From assembly GCA_964187785.1 (NCBI GenBank), contig OZ076409.1, positions 33,172,001 to 33,236,000 of the forward strand: a stretch of DNA of 64,000 nt, in the 5' to 3' direction. Shown here in pieces: positions 62,345-64,000 of this stretch. Below the pieces are notes generated by a model. It worked only from the letters and a program-made list of their open reading frames with translations, made no database searches and was not told the origin of the DNA. Each line of letters opens with the position of its first letter. Position 1 is the stretch's first letter. A program made the position numbers and the translations under genes. Origin of the DNA: Amphiscolops sp. MND2022 (Eukaryota).

Positions 62345-64000
62345 TTACGAACTGTGCATTGCTGCATTCAATCATGCTGCATCAAATGTCAACATTTTAA
62401 TTGACATACACATGAAAACTAGCAAACATCAAAAACATGTTACTTTGAAAACCTAAACGACGATAAATTTGTCTTTTGCTAATAATGTTGGCAAAAGGAA
62501 TCCGTTTTTCACTGCACTTACGAAAGCTTTATTTGCAGCGAATATTCCATTGGAAAAGTCAGAAAATAAAAAACTCAAGTCATTTTGGAAACTTGTTGGG
62601 CAAAAGTCATTCGCAACGAGTCAACATTTTGTAAGTTTGTATCTAGGTTTGTACCTACAATGTTTGAGCAAACATTGGGGAAAGTGTAACGACAAGCTCT
62701 CACCATTGTCGCCGTAACCATTAGAGTTGGAGGAACACATGATATGGATATTTGCCCGGGACAGGCGCCCATGGCCATGAGCTCATTTTGCCTCCTTCGG
62801 GTAAAAACTGTCCCGTCAGAGGAGGATTCCGCTTCTTGTGAAGTGCTCGCCGGCCTGATCCAGTCTTTAATTGCTGTCAGTAGCGCGAATTACGCTTTTT
62901 TTTCGAAACTATCACTTAGACAGCCTTTAAAAACGTTCCAAAAGGAAATTATGTTAAATTCTCGTTATTCAGGGTGACTTGGGGAATAATATCTAAAATT
63001 GCGAAATAAGATCTAAAGTTGTCAAAGTAGCCATAAACTTACAACAATGTACAGCAATCTACAGCAATCTTGTCCACAACAGCGATTTGGCAACATCCAC
63101 ATTCAGCTCGCAAGCTGGGGCACCACAGGCACAGATTTGTGAATTAGACGAAAAGACTCATTTTTACGGTTTTCCCTACTTAAGGTAGCATACTGCTGAA
63201 ATCAATGTTAGCACCTTCGAAAGAGTCTAATTTCAGTGGTTTTTGCAGTCTCTGGCGTCTGTTCGGGCGGCTGGCCTTATGTTTTTTCTCGATCTTTGCT
63301 CTTGTTGTCGAAGTAACTGCCAATTTCGTTGAAACAGCGAAAAGAGCAATCACATGCTCAGTGCCACGTCAAACATCGAATTAGAATTTTTGACAAAATT
63401 TTCTGAACATGTTCAAATCCCAAATTTCAATATCGACTGATTTTGCTGTCTCAGAGGGTGCCGTTACAAAGTGAATCATGACATTGGAAATTGCGAATAC
63501 TTTGTTATGATTGATGAGTCTACTGATTCATGTGGATGTTTTTTATTGGTGTTTTTGATCAAAAGATGGACCTAATTGGAAGATCCTTTTGGATCGATAT
63601 GCAAGAATTTATGGAACACGAAAGTGCATCTCTTTGTCAATTGGTGATTCCAACATTGCAATCATTTTTCAAACTAAATTGTCATGAAAAGTTCAGATAA
63701 TTGAGTACAGATGGGGTAAAAGTTTTATGATAAAAACATGAAATGATCAGAGAAACTTGTCGCGCGGTGTTGAACGTGTTGCTGAATTGGATCTTATGAA
63801 AAATCTGCTATCAACCGTTTTATTTTTAGTTGTCCGTAGGACTCGTCAATGTTTGTTTAAACTTTGACTTCGCTGGAAATATTACCTATACAAGATCCGT
63901 CGTGTTGGATTACATTGCTTTTATCGGCATGATGTTTTGCGAAATATATGACGCTTTCTGGGTGTTTTCACGCTTTTGGTCGAAAGTGACTAACGGAATC
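62345..64000 (+). pseudogene. Decayed hAT-family transposase, interrupted by a solo LTR
   Basis: Finger remnant ..HMKTSKHQK, FFTALTKALFAANIPLEK, catalytic-region VMIDESTD (63507-63527) and STDG (about 63705). Confidence 0.75.
62685..63468 (-). mobile_element. Solo LTR of the third family, copy 3
   Basis: TGTAACGAC...GCCGTTACA; AAAGT repeated at both junctions (overlapping the terminal bases); homologous to 53572-54284 in the opposite orientation. Confidence 0.7.

Overview
AT-rich eukaryotic, probably invertebrate, genomic DNA made almost entirely of nested, decaying transposable elements. Main components: a complete BEL/Pao LTR retrotransposon (9122-17432, minus strand, AGTTT target-site duplication); a decayed Polinton/Maverick-type DNA polymerase B (about 19060-22321); a 200-N gap; two large Ty3/Gypsy elements (22522-37051 and 39678-53261); a third LTR family in three copies; Helentron/DINE-1-like elements; three MITEs with 2-bp TSDs; a CRE-like non-LTR 3' end; and a hAT transposase relic. 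The only host-like coding segment is an exon (18424-18730) encoding the M1-pore-M3 region of a very divergent ionotropic glutamate receptor-like channel. The most striking signal is an architecture shared by the two Gypsy elements. (i) Gag starts about 120-180 codons inside the LTR and reads in frame through the LTR end and primer-binding site. (ii) Between integrase and the 3' LTR each carries a 3-6 kb cargo module: an antisense gene with several GT-AG introns, plus a divergently oriented sense ORF. In element 1 the antisense product is zinc-finger/hAT-transposase-like. All calls are by eye; no database searches or identity calculations were run.
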